A DNA stretch of 64,000 nt, taken from assembly GCA_037445065.1 (NCBI GenBank), contig JBBILD010000004.1, positions 96,001 through 160,000 of the forward strand, read 5' to 3'. Below the pieces are notes generated by a model. That model saw only the letters and a program-made list of their open reading frames with translations. It was not told where the DNA came from and did not search any database. Below are positions 51,469-60,486 of this stretch, piece by piece. Position 1 is the stretch's first letter. Each line of letters starts with the position of its first letter. The DNA comes from Myxococcales bacterium. GTDB lineage: Bacteria > Desulfobacterota > Binatia > HRBIN30. Position numbers and translations under genes: made by a program.

Positions 51469-52347
51469 TCAGTCTTTGAGTTCGATATAGTTGCGATTTT
51501 CGCCCAAGCGGAAGCCGAGGACGCGGTTCTCGAGGAAGGTCAGTAGGCGAATACGCAGAGTGTCATGCCGCATCCGAGTTTTGCCGGGCTTGACCTCCCA
51601 GTCCATGGCGGCGATGCGCTCGCGCATGACCGCTGGATGCGTGCCTGTAAAGCGTGCCCGTCCGTACAGCCGACCGTAGTCGAACGGGCGCTCGAGGTCG
51701 GGGAATCGCTTGTTGGCCTCTTCCGGCCCGAGGTGTAGGGTAAGAAACGAATGGGTCTTTTTGGTCATACGCTGCGGCGGGCGGACCCAGCCATAGTGAA
51801 AAATGCGGCCACCAGAGGGCTTCACGTGCAGCTTCTTGCCGTCACGCCGAAACCCCTGCGCGCTTTTCCAGGAGCGCACGCCAATCCGGGTGCGTACGAT
51901 CCGAATCTCTTTCCGGTACCAGCCGTGCGCCACCATGTAGTGGTCGTAATCGCCAAAGAAGTGCAGGTAGTCGAAGAGCAAGCCCTCCACGCGAGGGTCG
52001 GGAAGATACGTCTCCATGGCTTTCACGATCTGCGGCAGGTCGTCTTCGTGCACCACCTCGTCGGCCTGCAGGTAGAAGGCCCAGTCGCCTGTGCAGGCAT
52101 CGAGCGCGACGTTAGTTTGCTGCGCGTTGGTGCGGCCGCGAACGAACTCGTTGGGGTCCCAGCGAGTCTCGATAATCTGAATTTTGGGGTCACCAATGCT
52201 ACGGATCAGCTCCGTGGTACCGTCGGTGGAATCGCCAGCCGCGACGATGAACTCATCGCAGATGGGGAGGATCGAGCGGATCGACTCCACCACTGGGTAA
52301 TACAGATCGATTGCGTTGCGAACGAAGGTAAAGCCGCTGACGCGCAT
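51469..52347 (-). CDS. Glycosyltransferase family 2-like protein
   Basis: MRVSGFTFVRNA...YPVVESIRSILP, S.DGT, YLQADEV.HE, FHYGWVR.P. Confidence 0.88.
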   Translation of the reverse strand: MRVSGFTFVRNAIDLYYPVVESIRSILPICDEFIVAAGDSTDGTTELIRSIGDPKIQIIETRWDPNEFVRGRTNAQQTNVALDACTGDWAFYLQADEVVHEDDLPQIVKAMETYLPDPRVEGLLFDYLHFFGDYDHYMVAHGWYRKEIRIVRTRIGVRSWKSAQGFRRDGKKLHVKPSGGRIFHYGWVRPPQRMTKKTHSFLTLHLGPEEANKRFPDLERPFDYGRLYGRARFTGTHPAVMRERIAAMDWEVKPGKTRMRHDTLRIRLLTFLENRVLGFRLGENRNYIELKD

Positions 52348-53458
52348 GTTCGACGTTGATCGGGACTTTTTGCCGCTGAGTCAATGGCTGCGCAGGCGGA
52401 CGCCCCGCATCCTCTTGGTGCGCACCGACCACCTCGGCGACATGCTGCTCACCTTGCCGATGGCAAGCGCCATCAAACGGGCCCTGCCGGAGGCTCGCGT
52501 AAGCGTGTTGGCATCGCCTGTGAATGCGGAAGCGGCTCGCCATCATCCGGACGTGGACGAAGTGCTGACTGACTTTTGTGAGGCCAAGGGCTCGGGTTTG
52601 CGGAACGTTTGGCCCTTGATCAGGCTGTTGCGCCAAGCGCGCTTCGATGTGGCGATTGTGGTCCACCCCACGTTGCGCTTGGCGCTGGCGCTGTGGGCGG
52701 CGCGGGTTCCGGTTCGCATTGGAACGGCATTTCGCGTCTATTCCCTCCTCTGGAATGTTCGCGTGCGCCAGCACCGCCGCGGCCGGCGCGAGCACGAGAG
52801 CGCGCTCAACTTGGAATTGTTAGAGCCGCTGGGGATCCGGCCGCAAAAGCGTGGGGCGGAGTGCAAGTGGACCACCCGGCCCGAAGAAGAAATCCGCGTC
52901 GCAGAGCTGTTGCGGAACTTGGCGATTGCCCCCCCCTACGTGGTCGTGCATCCGGGAAGCGGAGGCTCGGCTTGGAATTGGACACCGGAGCGGTACGCCA
53001 ACCTAGCCCGCCGCTTTGCTGCCGCTGGGTATCACGTGCTGGTGACCGGAACGGCGCGGGAACAGAATCTGGTGGAAACGGTTGTTCGTGGCGCAGGCCA
53101 GGCTGCCTGGAGCTTGGCGGGCCAGCTCTCTCTCGGCGAGCTTGCTGTGTTGTTGCGTGGCGCAGCGCTGTTCGTGGGCGCCTCGACGGGCCCGACACAC
53201 CTCGCGGCCACCCTCGGGACAGCGGTGGTGGCGCTGTATTCGCCACTGCGCTCGCAGTTACCGGCGCGCTGGGGTCCCATCGGCCCTCGCGTGGCCGTCG
53301 TGCAACCGGATGTGAACCAGGTGTGCCAGCGTTGTATCGGAGCCGGATGCCCGTTCTTCTTTTGCATGGACCAGCGGCTCGATGTCGAGCGAGTGTGGGC
53401 GGCGGCAACGAGGTTGCTTGGCGCAGGCGATACCGGCGGGCAGCGAGCCGCGCGTTGA
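52346..53458 (+). CDS. Glycosyltransferase family 9 (LPS heptosyltransferase-like); start uncertain
   Basis: RILLVRTDHLGD.LL..P, HPGSGGS, L.GQLSL.EL, TGPTHLAA..G. Confidence 0.9.
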   Translation: MFDVDRDFLPLSQWLRRRTPRILLVRTDHLGDMLLTLPMASAIKRALPEARVSVLASPVNAEAARHHPDVDEVLTDFCEAKGSGLRNVWPLIRLLRQARFDVAIVVHPTLRLALALWAARVPVRIGTAFRVYSLLWNVRVRQHRRGRREHESALNLELLEPLGIRPQKRGAECKWTTRPEEEIRVAELLRNLAIAPPYVVVHPGSGGSAWNWTPERYANLARRFAAAGYHVLVTGTAREQNLVETVVRGAGQAAWSLAGQLSLGELAVLLRGAALFVGASTGPTHLAATLGTAVVALYSPLRSQLPARWGPIGPRVAVVQPDVNQVCQRCIGAGCPFFFCMDQRLDVERVWAAATRLLGAGDTGGQRAAR

Positions 53459-53491
53459 TTCCTATGCTGGCCTCCGTTAATGCGGCGCCGC

Positions 53492-54598
53492 ATGCAGGTG
53501 CCTTTGGCGCGCCTTGCGGCGCAGCACGAGCGGTTGCGCGAGGAGTTGCAAGCCGCATTCGATCGGGTCCTCTCCACCGGCGCGTTCGTGCTGGGCGCAG
53601 AGGTGGAAGCCTTCGAGCAGGAGTTTGCCCGGTACTGCGAGACGCAGGAGGCCGTGGCCGTCAACAGTGGTACGGACGCGCTGATCCTGGCGCTGCGCGC
53701 CCTCGGATTAGGCCCGGGGGATGAGGTCATCGTTCCGGCGCTGACCTTTGCGGCCACCGCGGAGGCAGTGTGTTGGATCGGAGCTCGCCCGCTGGTGCTC
53801 GACGTGGAGGAGGAAACGCTGACCTTGGACCCCGCGGCGGTGGAACGGGCTCTGGCCGAGCGAGCCGTACGGGCGATCGTCCCGGTGCACCTATACGGCC
53901 ATCCGGCTGCGCTGGAGCCCATTTGCCGCCTGGCGCGCTCGGCTAGGGTTCCGGTGGTCGAAGACGCTGCCCAGGCGCATGGCGCTCGCACGAACGGAAA
54001 GCGGGTGGGATCCTGGGGAACCCTGGCTGCCTTTAGTTTCTACCCGACTAAGAATCTCGGCGCGCTGGGCGATGGCGGCGCCGTGACTACGGACGCTCCG
54101 GAACTTGCCGCGGCACTTCGTCGTCTGCGCGATCACGGCCAGGAGGGAAAGTACCGGCATGTGACGTTGGGGACCAACTCCCGGTTGGATGCCCTACAGG
54201 CGGCCTTTTTGCGTGCCAAGCTGCGCTGGTTGGAGACTTGGAATCAAAGGAGACGAGAGCTTGCCGAGCGCTATCGCCGCCAGTTGGCCGATTCAACTGC
54301 GGTGCGGCCGCTAACAGTGCGTAGCGAAGCAGAGCCCGTGTACCATCAGTTCGTGGTGCGTTGCCTGCGCCGCGAGGCGCTGGTGGAGCACCTCGCCGAG
54401 CGCGGGATCCAGACGGCAGTCCACTACCCGGTGCCCATCCACTTGCAGCCGGCGTTTGCATTTTTGCGGCAAGGGCCGGGAACCTGTCCCGTGGCGGAAC
54501 AGGCGTGTCAGGAAGTGCTAGCCCTTCCCCTCTACCCGGAACTGGAAGAGCACGAGGTAGATTTTGTTTGTGCCGCTGTGCGGCAGTGGAAGGAGTGA
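53492..54598 (+). CDS. DegT/DnrJ/EryC1/StrS family PLP-dependent sugar aminotransferase
   Basis: NSGTDAL, PVHLYG, EDAAQAHG, SFYPTKNLGALGDGG, NSRLD.LQAA. Confidence 0.93.
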   Translation: MQVPLARLAAQHERLREELQAAFDRVLSTGAFVLGAEVEAFEQEFARYCETQEAVAVNSGTDALILALRALGLGPGDEVIVPALTFAATAEAVCWIGARPLVLDVEEETLTLDPAAVERALAERAVRAIVPVHLYGHPAALEPICRLARSARVPVVEDAAQAHGARTNGKRVGSWGTLAAFSFYPTKNLGALGDGGAVTTDAPELAAALRRLRDHGQEGKYRHVTLGTNSRLDALQAAFLRAKLRWLETWNQRRRELAERYRRQLADSTAVRPLTVRSEAEPVYHQFVVRCLRREALVEHLAERGIQTAVHYPVPIHLQPAFAFLRQGPGTCPVAEQACQEVLALPLYPELEEHEVDFVCAAVRQWKE

Positions 54599-54602
54599 GG
54601 TC

Positions 54603-55604
54603 GTGAGGCCGTTGTCCGTGCGCAAGGTTCGCTCACTCTTGCGCCGCTTTTCTGGCGTTCGCTTGCTGGTCATCGGTGACCTCATGCTGGACGAGTTTCT
54701 GTGGGGCAGCGTCGAGCGCATCTCGCCGGAGGCGCCGGTTCCCGTGGTTCGCGTCGAGCGCGAGTCGCTCTGTCTCGGCGGCGCTGCCAACGTGGTCGCG
54801 AACGTCCGCGCTTTGGGGGCGCATGTAACGGCATGCGGTCTGATCGGTCAGGACGCGGCGGGTGGGCATCTCTTGGCCGAACTCCGCCGTATTGGTGCGG
54901 GCACGAGCGGAGTGGTGCGCAGCTCGGACGTGGTGACGACGCGTAAGACTCGCGTGATCGCCCATCATCAGCAGGTGGTTCGTTTCGACCGCGAGCAACC
55001 TGTAGCTACAGACGGCGACGGCGAGCGACTTGTCGCCTTCGTTGAGCGCAACGCAAGCCGTTACGATGCGGTTCTGGTCTCCGATTACGGCAAAGGTGTC
55101 GTTTCACCCGCCTTGCTCGAGGTGTTGAACCGCTTGCATCGAGAGCAGCGGGTGCAGGTAGTCATTGACCCCAAGAAACCGAACTTTGCTCATTATCGGG
55201 GCGCGGCATTGATCACCCCCAATCAGCACGAAGCGGCCGAGGCGGCGGGAATCGCCGTGGGCGACGAGGCGAGCCTCGAGCAGGCGGGTGTTCGCTTGCT
55301 GGAACGCTGGCAGGCTGATGCGGTGCTCATCACTCGGGGGGAAAAAGGAATGACCCTATTCCGCTGTGGTCGGCCAGGGCGACATTTCCCGGCAGTGGCG
55401 CGCGATGTGTTCGATGTCACGGGTGCGGGCGACACGGTGGTCGCAACCTGCACAGTGGCCATGGCTGCGGGAGCGACGCTGGAGGAGGCAGCCTGGCTTG
55501 CCAATCATGCGGCTGGAGTGGCCGTCAGCAAGCTGGGTACCGCCACGGTGAACCAGGCCGAGCTGCTAGCGGCAGTACGGGCAAACAGTGGTGTGCGAGC
55601 GTGA
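54603..55604 (+). CDS. rfaE1: D-glycero-beta-D-manno-heptose-7-phosphate kinase (standalone RfaE domain I)
   Basis: GDLMLD, RISPEAPVPV, GGAANV, SDYGKG, DVTGAGDTV; no adenylyltransferase domain. Confidence 0.92.
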   Translation: MRPLSVRKVRSLLRRFSGVRLLVIGDLMLDEFLWGSVERISPEAPVPVVRVERESLCLGGAANVVANVRALGAHVTACGLIGQDAAGGHLLAELRRIGAGTSGVVRSSDVVTTRKTRVIAHHQQVVRFDREQPVATDGDGERLVAFVERNASRYDAVLVSDYGKGVVSPALLEVLNRLHREQRVQVVIDPKKPNFAHYRGAALITPNQHEAAEAAGIAVGDEASLEQAGVRLLERWQADAVLITRGEKGMTLFRCGRPGRHFPAVARDVFDVTGAGDTVVATCTVAMAAGATLEEAAWLANHAAGVAVSKLGTATVNQAELLAAVRANSGVRA

Positions 55605-55610
55605 AGGGGG

Positions 55611-56492
55611 ATGCGAATGCGGAGCATGACGGGGTACGGCAGTGCGCGCCTTGAGTCCGGAGCGTGGCGGTGGACCGCGGAAATTCGCTCGGTAAATCAC
55701 CGTTTTCTCGAACTCCGCATCAACTTGCCGCGCGACTTGGCGCGTTACGAGGCGGAGTTGCGCAAGCTGGTGCAGGCGGAAGCGCAGCGCGGCAAGGTGG
55801 ATGTGAGTTTGAACGTCAGCGGGCGGGCGCAGTCCGCCGTGCAAGTCCAGGTCAACTTGCCGCTGGCGCGCGCCTACGTGGCTGCCTGGAGGCAGTTGCA
55901 GCGCGAGCTCGGGGTGCCGGGAGAAGTGGACCTGGGCATGCTGGTGGAGCGGTCCGATCTCCTGTCACTGAGCGAAACGCCTCGGGAGAGTGAGGAGGAT
56001 GCATGGGCGTTGCGCGAGGTGCTCGGCCGCGCGTTGCGCGCTTGGAACCGGGAGCGAGCGCGCGAGGGGCGCGTGCTGCAGCGCGATATCCACCAGCGGG
56101 TGGCCCGCTTGGCGACGTTGCAGCGACAGATCGCTGCCTGTGTTCGCAAGCTCAAGCCTGTGCTGCGCGAGCGCCTGCGCAAGAGGGTGGCAGCGCTGCT
56201 GGATGATCGCGCGCTCGACGAGCAGCGCTTGCTGCAAGAAGTCGTGCTCATCGCCGAGCGTAGCGATGTGACCGAGGAGCTGGTTCGCTTGCAGTCTCAC
56301 CTTGCCGCCTGCCGAACCCTGCTGCGCGAAAAGGGGCCGGTGGGGAAGCGGCTCGAATTTTTGCTGCAAGAGCTCCATCGCGAGTTCAACACAGTCGCCA
56401 GCAAGAGCAGCGACCTCACCGTCACCCAGCTTACGATCGAGGCGCGCAGCGAGATCGAAAAGCTCAAGGAGCAGGTGCAAAACGTGGAGTGA
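55611..56492 (+). CDS. yicC: YicC/YloC family endoribonuclease
   Basis: SMTGYG, SVNHRFL, RGKV, D.TEEL.RL.SH, G.RLEFL.QE..RE.NT..SK, EQVQNVE. Confidence 0.93.
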   Translation: MRMRSMTGYGSARLESGAWRWTAEIRSVNHRFLELRINLPRDLARYEAELRKLVQAEAQRGKVDVSLNVSGRAQSAVQVQVNLPLARAYVAAWRQLQRELGVPGEVDLGMLVERSDLLSLSETPRESEEDAWALREVLGRALRAWNRERAREGRVLQRDIHQRVARLATLQRQIAACVRKLKPVLRERLRKRVAALLDDRALDEQRLLQEVVLIAERSDVTEELVRLQSHLAACRTLLREKGPVGKRLEFLLQELHREFNTVASKSSDLTVTQLTIEARSEIEKLKEQVQNVE

Positions 56493-56557
56493 AGGACGGT
56501 GCTCGTTTACGCAGCCGATCCACGGGGGGTACGCGGGTCCGTTCGAGCGGGGGAAGT

Positions 56558-57157
56558 GTGAGGCTAGTCCTGTTGGGCGTCGCCCTCGGGGTGCTGGTGG
56601 AAGGCTTTGCGTGGCTGCTTCGCTGGTGGGAATTCCGCCGCAAGCTCTTTTTGCTGGTGCAGGTGGTCGGTATGTACGGGTTGGTCATGGGCGGCCTGGC
56701 GGCGTGGGTGCCGCGCCTGGGGCCAGGCCCAACCTTCGGACTGGCCTGCCTCCTTGGCTTGTGCAGCGAGTTACTGAACGTCGCTTTCTTGAAGTGGTGG
56801 CGTTTCTGCGACGGGCGCGACGATTCGAGTTGGGGCCGGCTGGTGGTCCTTCTCGTACTCGCCCTCGCCTGGGGAGCGGCGCCGCTGGTAATCGCGCGCA
56901 CGGATACGGCGCTTGTGGGTGCCTGGCGTGCAACCGGTGCCGCCGACCCGTTCCGCGAGTTGGAGGCACGCAAGCGGCACTTGCTTGTAAAACGAGAAGC
57001 GCTCCTCGCCCGCTTGCGCGAGGTGGACCATCGCCTGCGCGCCCTCGACCGGCGCGAGCAGCGCTTGCTCGAGCGTCGCACGCGGCGCACCCCTGGGCGA
57101 CCCCGCCCGGAGCAGGAAGGCGAGATGAGAGAACCGGGAAAGGAGGAAGGCACATGA
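56558..57157 (+). CDS. Hypothetical membrane protein (about 4 TM helices plus a C-terminal coiled coil)
   Basis: Fills the gap between yicC and the oxidoreductase, with an ATGA overlap at its 3' end; hydrophobic helices, then LEARKRHLL..REALLARL. Start may be 56489. Confidence 0.6.
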   Translation: MRLVLLGVALGVLVEGFAWLLRWWEFRRKLFLLVQVVGMYGLVMGGLAAWVPRLGPGPTFGLACLLGLCSELLNVAFLKWWRFCDGRDDSSWGRLVVLLVLALAWGAAPLVIARTDTALVGAWRATGAADPFRELEARKRHLLVKREALLARLREVDHRLRALDRREQRLLERRTRRTPGRPRPEQEGEMREPGKEEGT

Positions 57158-58134
57158 GAGCCATTGTGTGTGATCGGCCAGGCAACGAGGACGTGATGCG
57201 TATCGGCGAGGTGCCCGCGCCGCGGCTTGGCGAAGAAGAGGTCCGCATCCGGGTGTATGCGACCTCGGTCAATCGTGCCGATCTCTTGCAGCGCCAGGGG
57301 CTCTACCCACCCCCACCCGGGGTGACGGACATCCTCGGACTGGAGTGCGCGGGCGAAATCGTCGAAGTGGGCCCGCGTGCGGGGACTTGGCAGGTGGGGC
57401 AGCGGGTCATGGCTCTTCTGCCAGGCGGGGGATACGCCGAGGAGGCGGTGGTGCACTGGGGCAGCGTGTTACCGATGCCTGAGAGCTTCACGTGGGAAGA
57501 GGGTGGGGCGTTTCCGGAGGTGTTCCTCACCGCGTTCCTCAATTTGTTTTTGCTGGGCCGCATCGCCCCTGGTGGAACTGCGCTCGTGCACGGCGGCGGC
57601 AGTGGCGTCGGGACGGCGGCAATCACCCTGCTCAAGCGCGCGGGGGTACGGGTCGTGGTGACTGCCGGTGGAGAGGAAAAGTGCCGCCGTTGCCTTGCGC
57701 ACGGCGCGGATGTGGCAATTGACTACCGCACCGAGGACTTCGTGGCGCGAGTCAAAGAGGTCACCGAAGGCCGTGGCGTCAACGTCGTCTTGGACCACAT
57801 TGGAGCCCGCTATCTTGTCGGGAACTTGGAGTCGCTGGCGAGCGACGGGCGCCTCGTCATCATTGGTTTGATGGGCGGGGCCAAGGCCGAGATTCCGCTT
57901 GCGCAGTTGCTGATCAAACGGCTGCACGTGATCGGATCCACGCTGCGCACCCGCTCTCCCGAAGACAAGGCGGCCATCGTACGTGATTTCTTGGTTCGTT
58001 TCGGAGAGGATTTGCGCCGCGGCCTCCTGCGGCCCGTGACTGACCGAGTGTTGCCTCTGGAGCAAGCGGCGGAGGCCCACCGGGTCGTCGCGGCGAGTGC
58101 GCACTTCGGGAAGGTGGCCCTGCGCGTGCGTTAG
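57154..58134 (+). CDS. NAD(P)H-quinone oxidoreductase, PIG3 family
   Basis: VNRADLLQRQG.YPPP, LGLECAG, HGG.SGVG, GSTLR.R, HFGKV.L. Confidence 0.92.
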   Translation: MRAIVCDRPGNEDVMRIGEVPAPRLGEEEVRIRVYATSVNRADLLQRQGLYPPPPGVTDILGLECAGEIVEVGPRAGTWQVGQRVMALLPGGGYAEEAVVHWGSVLPMPESFTWEEGGAFPEVFLTAFLNLFLLGRIAPGGTALVHGGGSGVGTAAITLLKRAGVRVVVTAGGEEKCRRCLAHGADVAIDYRTEDFVARVKEVTEGRGVNVVLDHIGARYLVGNLESLASDGRLVIIGLMGGAKAEIPLAQLLIKRLHVIGSTLRTRSPEDKAAIVRDFLVRFGEDLRRGLLRPVTDRVLPLEQAAEAHRVVAASAHFGKVALRVR

Positions 58135-58237
58135 GAGCGGGTTGCAGCGGCGCTGAGGCGGAGCGTTGTGCCCACGCTCCGCACGCAAGGACGGGCACGC
58201 AGCGGGCCTTTCTGGGCGCCGGCGACTGGGAAGGTGG

Positions 58238-59821
58238 CTACGCAGACGGGGGCGCCAGTCGGTTTGGAAGCCACACCCGAAATGTTGACCCTTTCCCAGG
58301 CTCTGACTCCACCTGGATCTGGCCGCCCATCATGTCCACCAGCCGCTGTACCACGTACAGGCCCAAACCCACTCCGCCAAAACGGCGCGTCGAGGCGCGT
58401 TCTCCTTGTCGGAACGGTTCGAAAATGACCGGCAGGATTTCGGAGTCGATCCCGATGCCCGTGTCCGCAACCGTAAACTCCACCCCGCCTTCTGCCGCGT
58501 GCACGCGGATTTCGATCCAGCCGCGTTCCGTGAATTTGATGGCGTTGGAAAGCAGGTGGTATAAAACCGTTTTCAGTTTTGCCGGGTCCGTTCCGATTTG
58601 TTCGGCGCCAGGCGCAATCTCGCTGCGCAGGGCCAGCCCCTTTTTGCGGCAGCTCTGGGCCATTTCTCGTTTGAGTTCCTCCACCAGTGCCGGAATCGAA
58701 ACGCTTCCCAACACCAGGGGCTCGGTTTGTTGCTCGAAACGGCTTAAATCCAGGGTTGTGTTGATCAACGTTAGAAGTTCCCGTGCGCTTTGGTCCATCC
58801 GCTCGAGGACGTCTCGCTGCTCAGCGTTCAGTGGGCCGAACTCTCCCAGGGCAAGCAACTCCGTGTAACCAATGAGCGTGTTGAGCGGGGTGCGCAACTC
58901 GTGCGACATGGTGGCAACAAAGTCCGACTTGAGCCGCGTTGCGTCCTCGAGTTCACGCAAAAAGCTCGCATGGGCAAACCATACGGTGGCTAGTCGCTCT
59001 ACCGCCTGCAGATCGCGCGGCCCGGGTCCTTGCCCAGAGCTGGGTCGGTTCCGCAATACAACTAAGCGGCCCAGTCGCCCTTGGCCGCGTTGTAACGTGA
59101 GCTGGATGATGCCCCGGTGAAATGCGGGGGATTCTTCCTTGAAAGTCGATAGGTCGGCTGCAGCGCGGGCAATCGTATTGGGCAAAACGTCCCGCGGGAG
59201 GACGGCCGCGTGGAGGGCCTCTGCTTCCTCTCGGGCCAGTCCCCACTGCGCCAGCAAGCGCAGGCCTAGACTGCCGCAATCTTCCCAGAGCTGTGCCCAA
59301 CGCGCGGCGAGCGCTTCGGCCACTGCCGCGCACAGTTGCTCGAGCGAGTCCGGGCGGTCGAAACTGGTGAGGAGCCGCTCGATCATGAGCGCCAGTGCCG
59401 GCGCGATCACCTCGCCTCGGTCCACGGCCGCGAGGTGCAGGCGCGTCCTGTCGCCCAGGGTGTCCCTGCCGAGCGCCACCCGTACCCGGTGGAGGCCGTG
59501 ATGCGAGTCGCGCAAGGCCAGTTCCCCGGAAACGGCGTGCCCAGCGAGGGCGTCAGAGAGGAGCCGCCGTGCTTGCGGCCGGCTCGCTGCATCCACCCAC
59601 ACGAGCCAGCTATCCGGAGCGAAGTTGGGTGGGATGGCGTGACCGAGAAACGTTGCTGGCGCCGCGCCTTCGAGTTGCCATGGCTCCGCGCCCGACTGGT
59701 ACCAGGTGCACTGCCAGTCCGCCAGCGCCGTAGCCAGCCCAGCGCCGCCGGGATTCTCGACCGGAGGTGGTTGCCGCTTGCGACTTCTTTCGCGCTTGCG
59801 CTTCACGAATCCCGCCATCAA
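58238..59821 (-). CDS. Cytoplasmic sensor histidine kinase (degenerate PAS/GAF plus HisKA and HATPase)
   Basis: KSDFVATMSHELRTPLN, LLSNAIKFT, DTGIGI, FEPF, G.GLGL, GKGSTF. Confidence 0.9.
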   Translation of the reverse strand: MMAGFVKRKRERSRKRQPPPVENPGGAGLATALADWQCTWYQSGAEPWQLEGAAPATFLGHAIPPNFAPDSWLVWVDAASRPQARRLLSDALAGHAVSGELALRDSHHGLHRVRVALGRDTLGDRTRLHLAAVDRGEVIAPALALMIERLLTSFDRPDSLEQLCAAVAEALAARWAQLWEDCGSLGLRLLAQWGLAREEAEALHAAVLPRDVLPNTIARAAADLSTFKEESPAFHRGIIQLTLQRGQGRLGRLVVLRNRPSSGQGPGPRDLQAVERLATVWFAHASFLRELEDATRLKSDFVATMSHELRTPLNTLIGYTELLALGEFGPLNAEQRDVLERMDQSARELLTLINTTLDLSRFEQQTEPLVLGSVSIPALVEELKREMAQSCRKKGLALRSEIAPGAEQIGTDPAKLKTVLYHLLSNAIKFTERGWIEIRVHAAEGGVEFTVADTGIGIDSEILPVIFEPFRQGERASTRRFGGVGLGLYVVQRLVDMMGGQIQVESEPGKGSTFRVWLPNRLAPPSA

Positions 59822-59966
59822 CTCGCTGATTCGAACCGCGCCCCGTTCCCCCAGCCGCTTACCTCTCGATGCCTCAAGTCAACCTCGCTCCCAGAACCCC
59901 CCTTCGTCTTTCCTCCTTGAGCTTCCCTACAGAACGCCGACAACCATCCACAAAGTTGGCGGCACT

Positions 59967-60458
59967 TCAAGTGGAACGTTTCTCCCACCATGGGACGTGC
60001 CGGACCAGCGAAGGCAGGTCGCGTTCCGACCAGGTTTGCTCGAACACGCGTCGGTAGCCGGTGACCAGAATCGACCAGTCGCTACCTTCCTTGATGTACT
60101 CGTCTTCGTAATACGCTGCGCCGCGCAAAGCTGTGCCAGAGTCTAGGTCGTATACCCAGTCGTCGAGCGCCCAGATGCCGTTGGCCCGCGAGGGGGAAGC
60201 GAATGTGATCTCGGGGTGATGGCAGCGGTGTAAGCTCAGGCGGCGCGTGCTGCCGAGCACGCTCTTCAGAAAGTCCAGGATCGCGTCGCGGCCGTCGAAC
60301 GACAGGCGGCCGTCGGCATAGGCCGCGCGCGCTTCGGGATGCAAACACTCCTTGAGCCCGTCCCAGTCCTTGAGGTCGAGGCAGCGCAAGTAGCGGTACT
60401 TGAGGTGTTCGATGGCAACCCGCTCCTGCGTAGGATCCCATCCGTTCCTCTGGTTCAT
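59967..60458 (-). CDS. NTF2/SnoaL-like protein (scytalone/bile-acid dehydratase-like fold)
   Basis: I..LKYRY.RCLD.KDW, H..HHPEI, A.GIW.L.D, GAAYY.DEY. Confidence 0.85.
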   Translation of the reverse strand: MNQRNGWDPTQERVAIEHLKYRYLRCLDLKDWDGLKECLHPEARAAYADGRLSFDGRDAILDFLKSVLGSTRRLSLHRCHHPEITFASPSRANGIWALDDWVYDLDSGTALRGAAYYEDEYIKEGSDWSILVTGYRRVFEQTWSERDLPSLVRHVPWWEKRST

Positions 60459-60486
60459 GAACCTGAGTCTGCCTGCGTTGCAGCCC

